Shown: positions 8,989 to 18,736, counted from the first letter of the stretch. The stretch is 49,584 bases of DNA from Crocinitomicaceae bacterium (GCA_041596895.1 JBFHHS010000001.1:1-49584); one strand, 5' to 3'. Notes: generated by a model not told the origin, from the sequence alone. Program-made: numbers and translations.

Positions 8989-9414
8989 TTAAATTTCAAA
9001 GTTTACAATATTAATTGCCCCTGAGGTAGTATTTAATTGCGGCATTAAAACTTCTTTCACTGCATAAAAACCTGAATCCGTCTGATGAAGAATTTCAACG
9101 ATTTGATTACTAGGTTCCCCTCCGCAATATCCCATTGCCCAAAAGCCACGACCATAACTTAACTCATACTCACCATCCATATTTGTCATTTTGCCATTAG
9201 TGCAACATGAAATCAAAGCATTTACAAAATAAGTACTATCCACCGGGAAACCGGTTAAAGAGTCTGTAATCACACCTTTTACATAAAACCAATCGCTGCA
9301 GGTAACATATCCCGAAGAAGAATATGAAGGTTCTTCTTGCACTTGCACCTCTTTTTCACAAGAGAGTAACAGAAATACAAGCCCAACGATATAGTATGTA
9401 AAAAATGGTTTCAT
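8989..9414 (-). CDS. Small lipoprotein with a carboxypeptidase-regulatory-like (CarboxypepD_reg) segment
   Basis: The start is chosen at MKPFFTYYIVGLVFLLLSC (lipobox LLSC). VKGVITDSLTGFPVDS...TNMDGEYEL resembles the CarboxypepD_reg fold signature. Confidence 0.5.
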   Translation of the reverse strand: MKPFFTYYIVGLVFLLLSCEKEVQVQEEPSYSSSGYVTCSDWFYVKGVITDSLTGFPVDSTYFVNALISCCTNGKMTNMDGEYELSYGRGFWAMGYCGGEPSNQIVEILHQTDSGFYAVKEVLMPQLNTTSGAINIVNFEI

Positions 9415-9471
9415 ATATGTAATGTATGAAATATAAAAGGATGAGTAGAAAGTAAACACAGTTTACCACAA

Positions 9472-9502
9472 CAAAAAACCCGATAACAATTAAGTTATCG
9501 GG
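9472..9502 (-). terminator. Terminator downstream of tRNA-Asn
   Basis: CCCGATAAC-aattaa-GTTATCGGG forms a perfect 9-bp stem, followed on the minus strand by TTTTTTG. Confidence 0.75.
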
Positions 9503-9511
9503 CTTGTTTTG

Positions 9512-9585
9512 CTCTCCCTCTGGGGCTCGAACCAAGGACCCTCTGATTAACAGTCAGATGCTCTAACCAACTGAGCTAAGGGAGA
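9512..9585 (-). tRNA. tRNA-Asn (anticodon GTT)
   Basis: The minus-strand read is TCTCCCT-TA-GCTC-AGTTGGTTA-GAGC-A-TCTGA-CTGTTAA-TCAGA-GGGTC-CTTGG-TTCGAGC-CCCAG-AGGGAGA-G. This gives a full cloverleaf with a GTT anticodon and a TTCGA T-loop. There is one U:C mismatch in the T stem and no encoded CCA. Confidence 0.9.
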
Positions 9586-9656
9586 ATTAGTGTCGCAAAA
9601 GCGAGTGCAAATATATGTAAAAGAAATTATTCCCTCAAACAAAAAGTTTAAAAAAA

Positions 9657-10586
9657 TTACTGTTTTATTACGATTGCATCTTTGAACCCACGGGATTGAA
9701 CTGTAGATAGTGCCGCTTTTGCCTCTCTTCTAGTAGCGTAACTACCTACAGTATAGATATATTTGTACGCGCTAGTTGTGTTCAGCTCCAAACGATTTAC
9801 CTCCATATTTAATTTTCGAAAAGAGGCATCTTTTGTATCAACAGGTTGCTTAGATGACATAATTTGTATCGAGTAATCACCATTTACGGTTGAATTTGAA
9901 TTGGTATTAATCTCGTTTACGGGTCTTTTAAAAGTAATATGTGGATGCTGCTTTGTTATGTGAGATCTAAACCCTCTGAATATTGCTGAAGCAATAATTT
10001 CTTGTCCATGCGTTGTGTTTAAATATTCAGCCTCACGTTCGTTGGTTAAAAAACCACACTCAACTAAAACGCTAGTCATGTTCGTGTATTTTAAAACCTG
10101 AAGCGAATGTTGTAGGTCGCGCTCATCTTTCACTCCACGTGATTTCCTTCCTGCACGATCTGAAAACTGTCGTTCAATTTCTTGAGCCATTGCAACAGAT
10201 TTTTTCAAACTTAAAGAATGGACATGCGACTCTGTTCCGCGTACCGAGCTTCTATCGTTGCCATTACAATGAATACTTATAAAATAATCTGCATTGATAT
10301 TGTTGGCTTTATTGACACGTTCATCAAGACTTGGGTATACATCCGTTGTTCTGGTATAAACAACTTTTACGTTTTGCAGGTACTTTTCAATGTAACCACC
10401 CAAAAACATAGAAATTTTAAGGTTAAGTTCTTTTTCCGTTTCATGCGCTGAATTCAACGACAAATGCCCTGGGTCGTTTCCGCCATGTCCAGGATCAATG
10501 ACTACGATAATTTCTTTTTTCTGACTCCACACTGATGAGGTAGTTAAAACAGAAAAACAAACAAGAAATAGGAGTGTTATTCTCAT
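9657..10586 (-). CDS. N-acetylmuramoyl-L-alanine amidase (Amidase_3) with C-terminal SPOR-like domain
   Basis: It has a signal peptide. VVIDPGHGGNDPGH, ADYFISIHCN and VLVECGFLTN are Amidase_3 hallmarks. The C-terminal YSIQIMSS...YTVGSYATRREAKAALSTVQSRGFKDAIVIK looks like SPOR. Confidence 0.85.
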   Translation of the reverse strand: MRITLLFLVCFSVLTTSSVWSQKKEIIVVIDPGHGGNDPGHLSLNSAHETEKELNLKISMFLGGYIEKYLQNVKVVYTRTTDVYPSLDERVNKANNINADYFISIHCNGNDRSSVRGTESHVHSLSLKKSVAMAQEIERQFSDRAGRKSRGVKDERDLQHSLQVLKYTNMTSVLVECGFLTNEREAEYLNTTHGQEIIASAIFRGFRSHITKQHPHITFKRPVNEINTNSNSTVNGDYSIQIMSSKQPVDTKDASFRKLNMEVNRLELNTTSAYKYIYTVGSYATRREAKAALSTVQSRGFKDAIVIKQ

Positions 10587-10662
10587 GATGCAAAATTAAC
10601 ATGGATAGTTTTTCGTTTCTTTGTTGTACCAAAACCTTACCAATAGTAAATTGTTGAAATCC

Positions 10663-11736
10663 ATGGCGACTAGAAAAAAGGAATTTATTGCTTTAATGGA
10701 AATTGGAGGATCGCATGACGAATGTCTCTTCAGTCAACTTTATGCACTATCAAACGCTGGAAAAACAGTTTTTTTAGTTTGTACTCAAGACCTTCGTGAT
10801 CGAAATCCGCATTTTGAAGCACTTGTAGAAGCTTTTATAGTCGTAGAATTTTCTAAATCGAAATTCAAGAATAATGGAGTTTTACGGAAGGTGTTAAAAT
10901 CATTGAAGGAAAAACAAGTATCAAAATTGGTTTTAAATACCGCTCAAGGTGGAAGAATCCGAAATCTTTGTTTGATGGGGCTGTTTTCGAAGTTAGAGTT
11001 CGTAGGTATTATTCATACCACTCGAAAATTTCAAGGGTCGTTTACACAAAAACTGATTAATTGGAAGATTAAAAAGTACTTGCTTCTCAGTGAGTATTTA
11101 CTTTCCACGGTAAATCCTCCAAATGGAGTTAAGGTCGATTATTTTTATCCAATTCGTTATCAGGGTTATACACAAACGTTTCCTGAAAACGAAGAGTTAG
11201 AAGTGACCATTATTGGGGGAGTAGAAAATCGTAGAAAGGATTTAGATGGGTTTGTAAAGATGATTTCAAACTTGGACCAAAAAGTAAAATTTACGTTTTT
11301 AGGAAAAAGTGATGCGAATCATGCGGATGTTAAAGCATTTCAAACGGCCTTAGAAAATAGTAACATAAAGAATCGTGTTAATTCTTTTGATCATTTTGTT
11401 TCGCAGGAAGATTTCGATGCACATTTAAAGAAAACGGATGTGATTTTGCCATTGGTGCACCCAAATACACCAAGTGCAGATCAATACTTTAGAAATCAGA
11501 TTTCAGGAGCAATGAGCGTTGCATTTGGATATAAAATTCCAATGCTGATTCATGAAAACTACAGTTTTATTGAGGAAATGAAATCGGCAAGTGTGTATTA
11601 CAATCCTTCAAATTTCAAACATCGAATAACTGAAAAAGAAAAATTTAAGAAGATTAGAAAAGAAATGGAATTGAATCCAAGGTTCGATGTTGAACAACAA
11701 GAACAACGTTATCTTAATTTCATTTTTGATCTTTAA
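10663..11736 (+). CDS. Hypothetical protein (possibly a GT-B-type glycosyltransferase-like fold)
   Basis: A 357-aa ORF from MATRKKEFIALMEIGGSHDE. It has a two-lobed Rossmann-like pattern (…VFLVCTQD…, …VTIIGGVENRRKDLDGF…VKFTFLGKS…). I saw no unambiguous family motif. The 3' end overlaps the uvrC 3' end by 17 nt. Confidence 0.6.
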   Translation: MATRKKEFIALMEIGGSHDECLFSQLYALSNAGKTVFLVCTQDLRDRNPHFEALVEAFIVVEFSKSKFKNNGVLRKVLKSLKEKQVSKLVLNTAQGGRIRNLCLMGLFSKLEFVGIIHTTRKFQGSFTQKLINWKIKKYLLLSEYLLSTVNPPNGVKVDYFYPIRYQGYTQTFPENEELEVTIIGGVENRRKDLDGFVKMISNLDQKVKFTFLGKSDANHADVKAFQTALENSNIKNRVNSFDHFVSQEDFDAHLKKTDVILPLVHPNTPSADQYFRNQISGAMSVAFGYKIPMLIHENYSFIEEMKSASVYYNPSNFKHRITEKEKFKKIRKEMELNPRFDVEQQEQRYLNFIFDL

Positions 11737-13525
11737 AGTAATCGAATACGATTTTAGCTTTTGCAGGCCCAACAACAGAAGAAAGACTTGCCATATCTGC
11801 GGCCTTAATTTTACTCACAGTCTTAAACGATAACATTAAATCTTCTTGTGTTTTTGGACCGATTCCAACAATTCCTGTCAATTCAGATTGCACAAACTCT
11901 TTACTTCGTTTATTTCGATGGTGTGTGATTCCAAAACGGTGCGCTTCATTTCTTAAGTGTTGTACAACCTTCAAACTTTCAGAGCGTTTAACTATATATA
12001 TAGGTAAAATATCTCCAGGGAAAATGATTTCCTCTAAGCGTTTGGCGATACCAACAATGGCAATTTTACCGCGTAAACCCAAACGTTCTAATGCAACAAG
12101 TGAAGAGCTTAACTGACCTTTTCCTCCATCAATTACAATCAATTGAGGAAGTGATTGACCTTCGTCGAGCAACCGTTTATATCTACGATAAACAGCTTCT
12201 TCCATGGAAGCAAAGTCATCCGGACCTTCTACCGTTTTTATATTGAAGTGGCGATAATCACGCTTACTGGGCTTTCCATTTTTAAAAACAACACAAGCAG
12301 AAACGGCATTGGTTCCTTGCAAATTGGAGTTATCAAAACATTCAATATGAACAGGCGTTTCTGTCAATCGAAAATCAACGCGAATTTGTTCCAGAATGCG
12401 TTCAGTATGTCGCTCAGGGTTTTTAAGCTTTTCTTGTTTTCTTTTCTCTAATCGATAGAATTTAGTGTTGCGCTCGGAGAGTTCTATTAATGCTTTTTTA
12501 TCGCCCCGTTGAGGAGTAAAGAATTGAACACCTTCTAATTCAATATCAACATCTTGAGCTACCAGCACCTCTTTTGAGGTACTCTCGAACCGGGCACGCA
12601 TTTCTGGTAATACAAATCCAATGATATCGGAAATGGATTCCTCCAGCTTTTTATTCACTTCTACTGTAAACCCATGAATAATTGAACCATTGTTGATGAC
12701 GAGATAATTTACAAATGCCGATTTTTCGTCATCGAGAACGGTAATAACATCAACCTCATGAATTGTAGGGGATACCACAGTCGATTTCGCTTTATACCGT
12801 TCAATCGTTTCAATTTTATCTTTAATCGATTGGGCTTCTTCAAACTGTAAGTTTGTAGCGTGTTCATGCATAATTTCCTTCAAGGAACGAATTACTGCAC
12901 TTAAATTTCCTTTTACAATATGTTCTATATCGGAAATATAGGTGTTGTATTTTTCTTCCGATTCATACCCTTCACAGCCACCTTTGCAATTTCCAAGATG
13001 ATATTCAAGGCAGACTTTATGTCTTTTTTCTGCAATTTTTGAAGCCGATAAATCAAGCGAACAAGATCGTAAAGGATAAATATCACGAATCAACGAAAGT
13101 AGAGTGTTGACAACCTTAACACTTGGATACGGACCAAAATATTTTGAGCCATCCTTAATTAATCGACGCGTAGTAAATACACGTGGAAAGGGTTCTTTTT
13201 TAATGCAAATCCAAGGATAAGTCTTATCATCCTTTAACTGTATGTTATACTTAGGTTGATATTTTTTGATGAGGTTGTTTTCGAGCAGAAGAGCATCCAA
13301 CTCAGTGTCTACAACTAAGTATTTAATATCAACGATTTTCTTTACCAGGATTCGTGTTTTTCCATTTTCCTGATTTTTGTTGAAGTAGGAAGTAACTCGC
13401 TTTTTTAAGTTTTTTGCTTTTCCAACGTAAAGAATCTTGTCGTTTAGATCATAAAACTGATAAACTCCAGGTTTTTCTGGCAGTACTTTTAGTTTTAATT
13501 GAATGGATTCGCTTTTGGCCGACAT
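11720..13525 (-). CDS. uvrC: Excinuclease ABC subunit C
   Basis: N-terminal GIY-YIG motif (PGVYQFYDLNDKILYVGKAKNLKKRVTSYF), UVR domain, the endonuclease V-like region and C-terminal (HhH)2 (LTGIVGIGPKTQEDLMLSF). 601 aa. Confidence 0.95.
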   Translation of the reverse strand: MSAKSESIQLKLKVLPEKPGVYQFYDLNDKILYVGKAKNLKKRVTSYFNKNQENGKTRILVKKIVDIKYLVVDTELDALLLENNLIKKYQPKYNIQLKDDKTYPWICIKKEPFPRVFTTRRLIKDGSKYFGPYPSVKVVNTLLSLIRDIYPLRSCSLDLSASKIAEKRHKVCLEYHLGNCKGGCEGYESEEKYNTYISDIEHIVKGNLSAVIRSLKEIMHEHATNLQFEEAQSIKDKIETIERYKAKSTVVSPTIHEVDVITVLDDEKSAFVNYLVINNGSIIHGFTVEVNKKLEESISDIIGFVLPEMRARFESTSKEVLVAQDVDIELEGVQFFTPQRGDKKALIELSERNTKFYRLEKRKQEKLKNPERHTERILEQIRVDFRLTETPVHIECFDNSNLQGTNAVSACVVFKNGKPSKRDYRHFNIKTVEGPDDFASMEEAVYRRYKRLLDEGQSLPQLIVIDGGKGQLSSSLVALERLGLRGKIAIVGIAKRLEEIIFPGDILPIYIVKRSESLKVVQHLRNEAHRFGITHHRNKRSKEFVQSELTGIVGIGPKTQEDLMLSFKTVSKIKAADMASLSSVVGPAKAKIVFDYFKDQK

Positions 13526-13588
13526 AATTCAAAAATAAGAGAAAATGTCGCTTTAATCGTCCAATAAACAGAATAAAGGGAGAGATTT

Positions 13589-14551
13589 TTATTTCGAAAT
13601 TAACTCGAAGAGTTCGTTCAAGTTTGGCGAAATGATGATTTCGATTCTACGGTTTTTCGCTTTGTCTTCAGAATCAACAGGTATAAATTCAGATCGCCCT
13701 GCAGCCATTAATTGCGTCGGATTGATGTTTGAATTTGCTAACATGATTTCAATAACTGAAGTTGATCTCAAAACAGAAAGTTCCCAGTTGTTTTTAGGAT
13801 GCTTACTACTGGCCATTTTATCTGTATCCGTATGACCCTCAACAATAATTTCAAGATCCTTTTCAGTCTCTAAAACTTTGGCTAAGTCAATTAATGCTAC
13901 TTGACCTTCAGTTTCAACGGAAGTACTGCCTGATGCAAATAGTAGTTTTGCTTCAAGACTCACATAGATTTTACCGTTCTTTTCTTCAATGGAAAGCCCT
14001 TTGTTCTCGAATCCTTTAAGTGCATTGGTTACTTTATTTTTCAATTCCTGTACAGCTTTGTCTTTATCGGAAATCATTTTTTCAAGCTCATTAACGCGCT
14101 GTTCACGTTCAGCTAAAAGCATTTGTTTTGTTAAAAGTTCTTTTTCAAGGGCCATTAACGCATCTTCTTTCTTTTGCAATTCAATTTGTTTCTGTTGTAA
14201 ATCGGCTTGTAATGTTGCAGTTTCACGCGCACCAGAAAGACGCAATTTATCGTAGTTTGTTTCTAATGTCTCATTAATCTGTGCAAGCTTGTTGTATTTA
14301 GCTAAAAGCGTTCTGTGTTCTTGACCTAAATTTGTTGTATCTTTTTTAAGGTGATCTGCTTCTGCTGAAAGAACTTCAAAACGTGATTGTAAATCGGTAG
14401 CTTCTGCTTCGTAATTAAGAGAACTATTTTTGAACTTGCTCAGCTCTTCGCTACATTGTTTTTCTTTTTCCAGAAGTTCATTATAACGTTTTGCGGGTAC
14501 ACAGGCCGTCATTAAAACTAAAGATGCTACGATTCCAACAAGTCCTTTCAT
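13589..14551 (-). CDS. OmpA/MotB-family lipoprotein with long N-terminal coiled coil
   Basis: Lipobox LMTAC. About 170 aa of heptad-rich E/K/L/Q sequence follow. The C-terminal OmpA_C-like domain is (…IIVEGHTDTD…NWELSVLRSTSVIEIM…GRSEFIPV…NRRIEIII). Confidence 0.85.
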   Translation of the reverse strand: MKGLVGIVASLVLMTACVPAKRYNELLEKEKQCSEELSKFKNSSLNYEAEATDLQSRFEVLSAEADHLKKDTTNLGQEHRTLLAKYNKLAQINETLETNYDKLRLSGARETATLQADLQQKQIELQKKEDALMALEKELLTKQMLLAEREQRVNELEKMISDKDKAVQELKNKVTNALKGFENKGLSIEEKNGKIYVSLEAKLLFASGSTSVETEGQVALIDLAKVLETEKDLEIIVEGHTDTDKMASSKHPKNNWELSVLRSTSVIEIMLANSNINPTQLMAAGRSEFIPVDSEDKAKNRRIEIIISPNLNELFELISK

Positions 14552-14694
14552 AATTGATGATTTTAAACAAAGATGAGAAGAAGCTAGGCGTGAAATGGAG
14601 TGATTCTATTGATTTTATGCACATCAAACATTGAATAACCCTAAATTGATACTTTTATGGCGTAGTAATTGAATTGAAAACATAAACGAGGAAG

Positions 14695-15177
14695 ATGAAT
14701 AAAGTACTGAATACGCTAATTGGATTGTTGTTTTTAGTTAGCTGTGGGGTTTCTAAGGATACGGATGCTGTAATTGAAAATGTTCAAGAGACTGTGAAAT
14801 CAATTTCTTTTGAACTGGTAGGGAAAGGAAATCTGGGTGGAGCAGGAGAAGAAGGTATTTTTGAGTCTAATGTAATTGTGCAAACAAGGGCTGAATGGGA
14901 TGCTCTAATTTCTAAAATGGATGCAACTAACATTGAATCGAAGCATTTTGAAATTCAAGACATCGATTTTGGTTCGAGTACAGTGTTGGCTTGTTTTGAT
15001 AAAGTTCAAGGTACAGGAGGACATTCTATAAAGATCTACGAAATTATTGAAGGCCATCAAGAGTTATCAGTTCATATTAAAAAATCAGCTCCAAATGAAA
15101 TGGCAACATCAGTAATGACGCAGCCGTACTACATCGTAGTAATTGATAAAACAACTAAGAAAATTGTTTTTAACTAA
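14695..15177 (+). CDS. PrcB-like (protease complex subunit PrcB C-terminal domain) lipoprotein
   Basis: Lipobox FLVSC. IDFGSSTVLACFDKVQGTGGHSIKIYEI...LSVHIKKSAPNEMATSVMTQPYYIVVIDKTTKKIVF fits my memory of the PrcB_C pattern (vDF...G..tGG.si.i......l.v.v....P....tq..tqPy.iv.i.k). The family assignment is from memory only. Confidence 0.55.
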   Translation: MNKVLNTLIGLLFLVSCGVSKDTDAVIENVQETVKSISFELVGKGNLGGAGEEGIFESNVIVQTRAEWDALISKMDATNIESKHFEIQDIDFGSSTVLACFDKVQGTGGHSIKIYEIIEGHQELSVHIKKSAPNEMATSVMTQPYYIVVIDKTTKKIVFN

Positions 15178-15199
15178 AAAAGGGAGCGTTTAGCTCCCT
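15175..15199 (-). terminator. Terminator of the S8 protease gene (hairpin shared by convergent genes)
   Basis: AGGGAGC-uaaac-GCUCCCU is followed on the minus strand by UUUUUU. It lies 7 nt after the protease stop codon and overlaps the stop of the PrcB-like gene. Confidence 0.7.
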
Positions 15200-15205
15200 C
15201 ATTAA

Positions 15206-18200
15206 TTACTTTACTATAAACTGTTCGGTTTTTATTCCGTTTGGTGTTTTAATTTTTAAAAAGTAAACACCTGGGGCCAACGCATTCGTGTCAAACATAA
15301 CGATATTTAATCCAGCATTTGCTTCAATACGATGTTGTTGAATTTTCTTCCCTTGTAAATCTTGTATTATTATTTGTACCTCCTCGGATTGATTAAGGCT
15401 AAACTCTACATTTAACTCGTTATCTGTTGGGTTTGGATACATGGAAAAATAATCAAAAGCATTTGTCTCAGAAATTCCTACCGCAATTACATCATCTGAA
15501 GGAGAACCTTCGTATAGGTTGATATTGTCTATGTAAAAGTTATTTCCTCCATCATTTTCAAAATTAAATTTGAATTTAAACCCTCCTGTGAAAAAAGTAG
15601 ATGTAATGTTTGTAACGTGTACCGTGGTCCAGTCCGTTTCTGAAGTTGGGATCCATGGTGAGTTTTGAACGTTGCTCGAGAGCACATTTCCATGCATTGT
15701 TTTTCGAAGCGTCCAATCTTCTTCACAATCTTCAGCAACATAAAGACGTAACCACTCATCGTCCGTCGATGTTCTTTTTTTGTATGAATATCTGAAACTA
15801 AGCGTAAATGAACCAGTACTTGGGTCAATACTCGACAGGTCAATCGGGCCAGAAATAAGTTCATCTATACTTCCTTGTCCCTGTCCATGATTTGCTAAAC
15901 GTACACTCTTTGATCCACTTAACGATGCCAAGGTACTTACTTCAAATGTTGAGTTATTGTCCGGGTTATTTGTTGTCCAATCATTTGTTGCATTTAAAGT
16001 GGAAATTGATTCGAAACCTTCGAAGTATGGCAACGTTTCTGAATCGATTATGTTAATGTAATCACTAAAGTAAACGGAATCACTTCCTGCACTATTTGTT
16101 ACTACCAACGCGGCATCTTGTAAACCTGAAACGTTGTAGCAAACGGTTGGGTTTTGATCTGTTGAAGTTGATGGTGTACCATTTGGAAAATACCACATGT
16201 AAGTTGAGCTTCCGTCAACATTGATGGATTCATCAAATACTTCAGCACATGCAGTGTTGCTAATAGATGAACAGAGAACACTCATATCTGCGTATGGATT
16301 ACTCCATGCACAACCAAACTCTCCTGGTAACTTGCGAATCGCAATTGCTCGTTCACTTCTCGCGTTATTTGGTCCCAATGCGCGAACACTGAACCAATTT
16401 TCATCTGTGGATAATGCAGAAACAGTTAAGTTCGTTGTGGTAGAGGTTCCTATTGAGTCCATGTATTTGGTTCCCAACATACTTACTTCATATCCTGTTG
16501 CTCCTGTAACGGCGCTCCAAGTAATATTAACTGAATCAGGGCAAGACCATCCGAAATCTAAGTTGGTAGGTGTTCCTAAAATTGTAAAAACTGCATTTGA
16601 TTCATCGGTACTTGATCCGCGTGTTACACGTACTTTAGCAAGTCCGGTTACTGTTGATGGTGCACTCCAATTGTAATGTCTTAAATCTGATGATACAGTT
16701 GCAATTGAATTCCAAGAGGAACCATTGTCTGTTGTGTATTCCAAATTAAAATCTGTTGTATTATCAGTAGCGTCCCAACGTATCGTTTGAGTAATACCAG
16801 GATTCAATCCTTCTCCACCATTTGGATAAGTTAATCTTACTTCATCTTTTCCATACTCATACACAAGGAAATATTCTTGCGGACCTTGAGGTATCGCAAA
16901 ACCTGAAATATTGATGGTATACGTTCCTGGGAGTGGGTTTGAAATTGTAACCTGTTCCATATTATTTAGGTTGTCTGTTGCGCGAATCGCATCATCATCG
17001 AGTGTTGAAGCATTCGCTGCCGAGTTTAATACCCAAGGATCAAAAGAAACCAATGCCGGATCTGTAACAACCATATTCAAATCATTCACTAAAGCAATAG
17101 AAGCATTTGTTGAACCTTCATAATCGGTCCAATATAACATGACCTTCAATTCTGTAGCTCCAACCGGAACTGTAATCGTATGATTTGAACTTCCTCCTTG
17201 TGATATACTTCCACTTTGATAATTGTTTAATACTAAAAGATCATACGCTTTTCCAACATTAATTCTGCCCCATCCATGCTTAAAGTCTGGACCTGGGTTT
17301 CCTAAATCTTTGGCTGTATTTAAAATACTTGCCTTGATTAAGGCCGAGTTTGGATTTGCTCCGCCATTCAGATCTTTATACGCATGATAAAGTTGAGCAA
17401 TGGATCCAGCAACTCCTGGACACGACATGGAAGTTCCTGTTTTTGTACCGTAGTTGTAATCAGGAATTGTGGAGTAAACACTTGTTCCAACTCCGCAAAT
17501 ATCAGGTTTAATTCTACCGTCCGTAGCAGGACCTCTACTGCTTGAACTGTTTAATCCGTCTTGGTGATTTAAGTTTCCAACAGCGATGACATTTTTACCA
17601 GATTTATGACCACCTGTAATGTTCCCCCAATTTGATCCAGCACCATATCCGCAGTCAGTAGTCCCAGAGTTTCCTGCAGAAAAGACATGAATTAAAGATG
17701 GCATTAATCGAACTTGTTCATCTAAATCACGTGTTAACCCATCATAGCCTCCATTACATCCTGAACTGTAACTTTTTGATGTAATTACCATATCGTTGTT
17801 GGCGTACAAAGTTGGCACATCATAATAGTTTTGATTGCTTGAATTGTAAACCAATAAATCGGCTCCAAAAGCCATTCCTCTTGTTTTTGGATCAAGATTT
17901 CCGGCCCCCATAATGGTTCCAGCTACATGATCTCCATGGTCATCTAAGGGGTCTGAACTGCAATTGCACTCTGATTGATCGTTACGACCTTGATAATCAA
18001 TATGAGGACCGATAAATCCATCATCTTGCATCATAATTGTCATCCCTGTTCCGTCATAATGAAGACCAGAACTATAATCAGATGCGATGGTATTACTTCT
18101 GTGACTTGTTCTTCCCACCAAGTTTTCAGGTTCTGCCGGTGCGGATAAAGTTTCAAAGTATGAAAAACAAGGCAAAGCATAAAGTGCACTTAATTGGTTT

Positions 18201-18736
18201 AACTCAACACGAATTACATACGTGTTTTTTGTAATAGACTGAATTAATTGGCCTTTCACAGTATTCAAGGAATTCAATATGGTTTTTTCTGTTATACCGT
18301 TAAATACACGTGCGTTTAATTCAATTTTTGTTTCGCCAAATAACGTCCAATGCGGATAGATTTCTTTTGCAAGATCTCTTGATAGTTTAAATTTTGATTG
18401 AATTGGCTCTACGCTAAACACTTCGTAATCGGCAAGTATTGAAAGGTCTGTGCCGACTTTAATTTTTGCAAAAAAAGCATTTCTTGGGAGGTAATCTAAA
18501 AGTTGAACACCCTGATTTGAAAGTTGTTGTTTTTCGGTACTTGTTGGAATATGTTGAAATTGTATTAAACTAAAATAAGATCCTTCAACTATTTCTGACG
18601 ATAGAATATTTGGTGAAAAGTCAGAAGTTCTATTCATCTCATATTCACCTGAATTGAAAAAAATAGATTGTTGTTCCTGCGCTTGAATGGTGAAAGCCAT
18701 AAAAAACGCTATGATTAATTTAAAAAATGAATTCAT
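15206..18736 (-). CDS. Secreted S8 (subtilisin-family) serine peptidase with FN3/PKD-like and MAM/choice-of-anchor-like modules and a T9SS type-A C-terminal sorting domain
   Basis: It has a signal peptide. The catalytic triad contexts are MMQDDGF (Asp), DHGDHVAGTIMG (His) and GTSMSCPGVAGSIAQL (Ser). Downstream are TGATGYEVSM (FN3-like) and YMWYFPNGTPSTSTDQNP (PKD-like). The C-terminal YPNPTDNELNVEF...GVYFLKIKTPNGIKTEQFIVK is a typical Por secretion tail. Confidence 0.9.
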   Translation of the reverse strand: MNSFFKLIIAFFMAFTIQAQEQQSIFFNSGEYEMNRTSDFSPNILSSEIVEGSYFSLIQFQHIPTSTEKQQLSNQGVQLLDYLPRNAFFAKIKVGTDLSILADYEVFSVEPIQSKFKLSRDLAKEIYPHWTLFGETKIELNARVFNGITEKTILNSLNTVKGQLIQSITKNTYVIRVELNQLSALYALPCFSYFETLSAPAEPENLVGRTSHRSNTIASDYSSGLHYDGTGMTIMMQDDGFIGPHIDYQGRNDQSECNCSSDPLDDHGDHVAGTIMGAGNLDPKTRGMAFGADLLVYNSSNQNYYDVPTLYANNDMVITSKSYSSGCNGGYDGLTRDLDEQVRLMPSLIHVFSAGNSGTTDCGYGAGSNWGNITGGHKSGKNVIAVGNLNHQDGLNSSSSRGPATDGRIKPDICGVGTSVYSTIPDYNYGTKTGTSMSCPGVAGSIAQLYHAYKDLNGGANPNSALIKASILNTAKDLGNPGPDFKHGWGRINVGKAYDLLVLNNYQSGSISQGGSSNHTITVPVGATELKVMLYWTDYEGSTNASIALVNDLNMVVTDPALVSFDPWVLNSAANASTLDDDAIRATDNLNNMEQVTISNPLPGTYTINISGFAIPQGPQEYFLVYEYGKDEVRLTYPNGGEGLNPGITQTIRWDATDNTTDFNLEYTTDNGSSWNSIATVSSDLRHYNWSAPSTVTGLAKVRVTRGSSTDESNAVFTILGTPTNLDFGWSCPDSVNITWSAVTGATGYEVSMLGTKYMDSIGTSTTTNLTVSALSTDENWFSVRALGPNNARSERAIAIRKLPGEFGCAWSNPYADMSVLCSSISNTACAEVFDESINVDGSSTYMWYFPNGTPSTSTDQNPTVCYNVSGLQDAALVVTNSAGSDSVYFSDYINIIDSETLPYFEGFESISTLNATNDWTTNNPDNNSTFEVSTLASLSGSKSVRLANHGQGQGSIDELISGPIDLSSIDPSTGSFTLSFRYSYKKRTSTDDEWLRLYVAEDCEEDWTLRKTMHGNVLSSNVQNSPWIPTSETDWTTVHVTNITSTFFTGGFKFKFNFENDGGNNFYIDNINLYEGSPSDDVIAVGISETNAFDYFSMYPNPTDNELNVEFSLNQSEEVQIIIQDLQGKKIQQHRIEANAGLNIVMFDTNALAPGVYFLKIKTPNGIKTEQFIVK

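Noticed and set aside
9472-9585. tRNA-Asn considered as a possible genomic-island integration site
   Set aside because: No integrase, no duplicated tRNA 3' end (att-like direct repeat) and no mobility genes were seen nearby. The flanking genes look like ordinary envelope genes.
11720-11736. 17-nt overlap of the convergent 3' ends of the hypothetical gene and uvrC
   Set aside because: This is probably just compact genome organisation. I saw no hairpin or antisense-regulatory feature, so it is not reported as a finding.
15529-18234. Internal and antisense ORFs within the S8 protease gene (15529-15864, 16221-16676, 16911-17123, 18037-18234), plus similar ones inside uvrC, the giant repeat gene, the his genes and dxr
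   Set aside because: They are fully nested in long ORFs with clear family motifs, and I recognised no motifs in them. They are treated as shadow ORFs.
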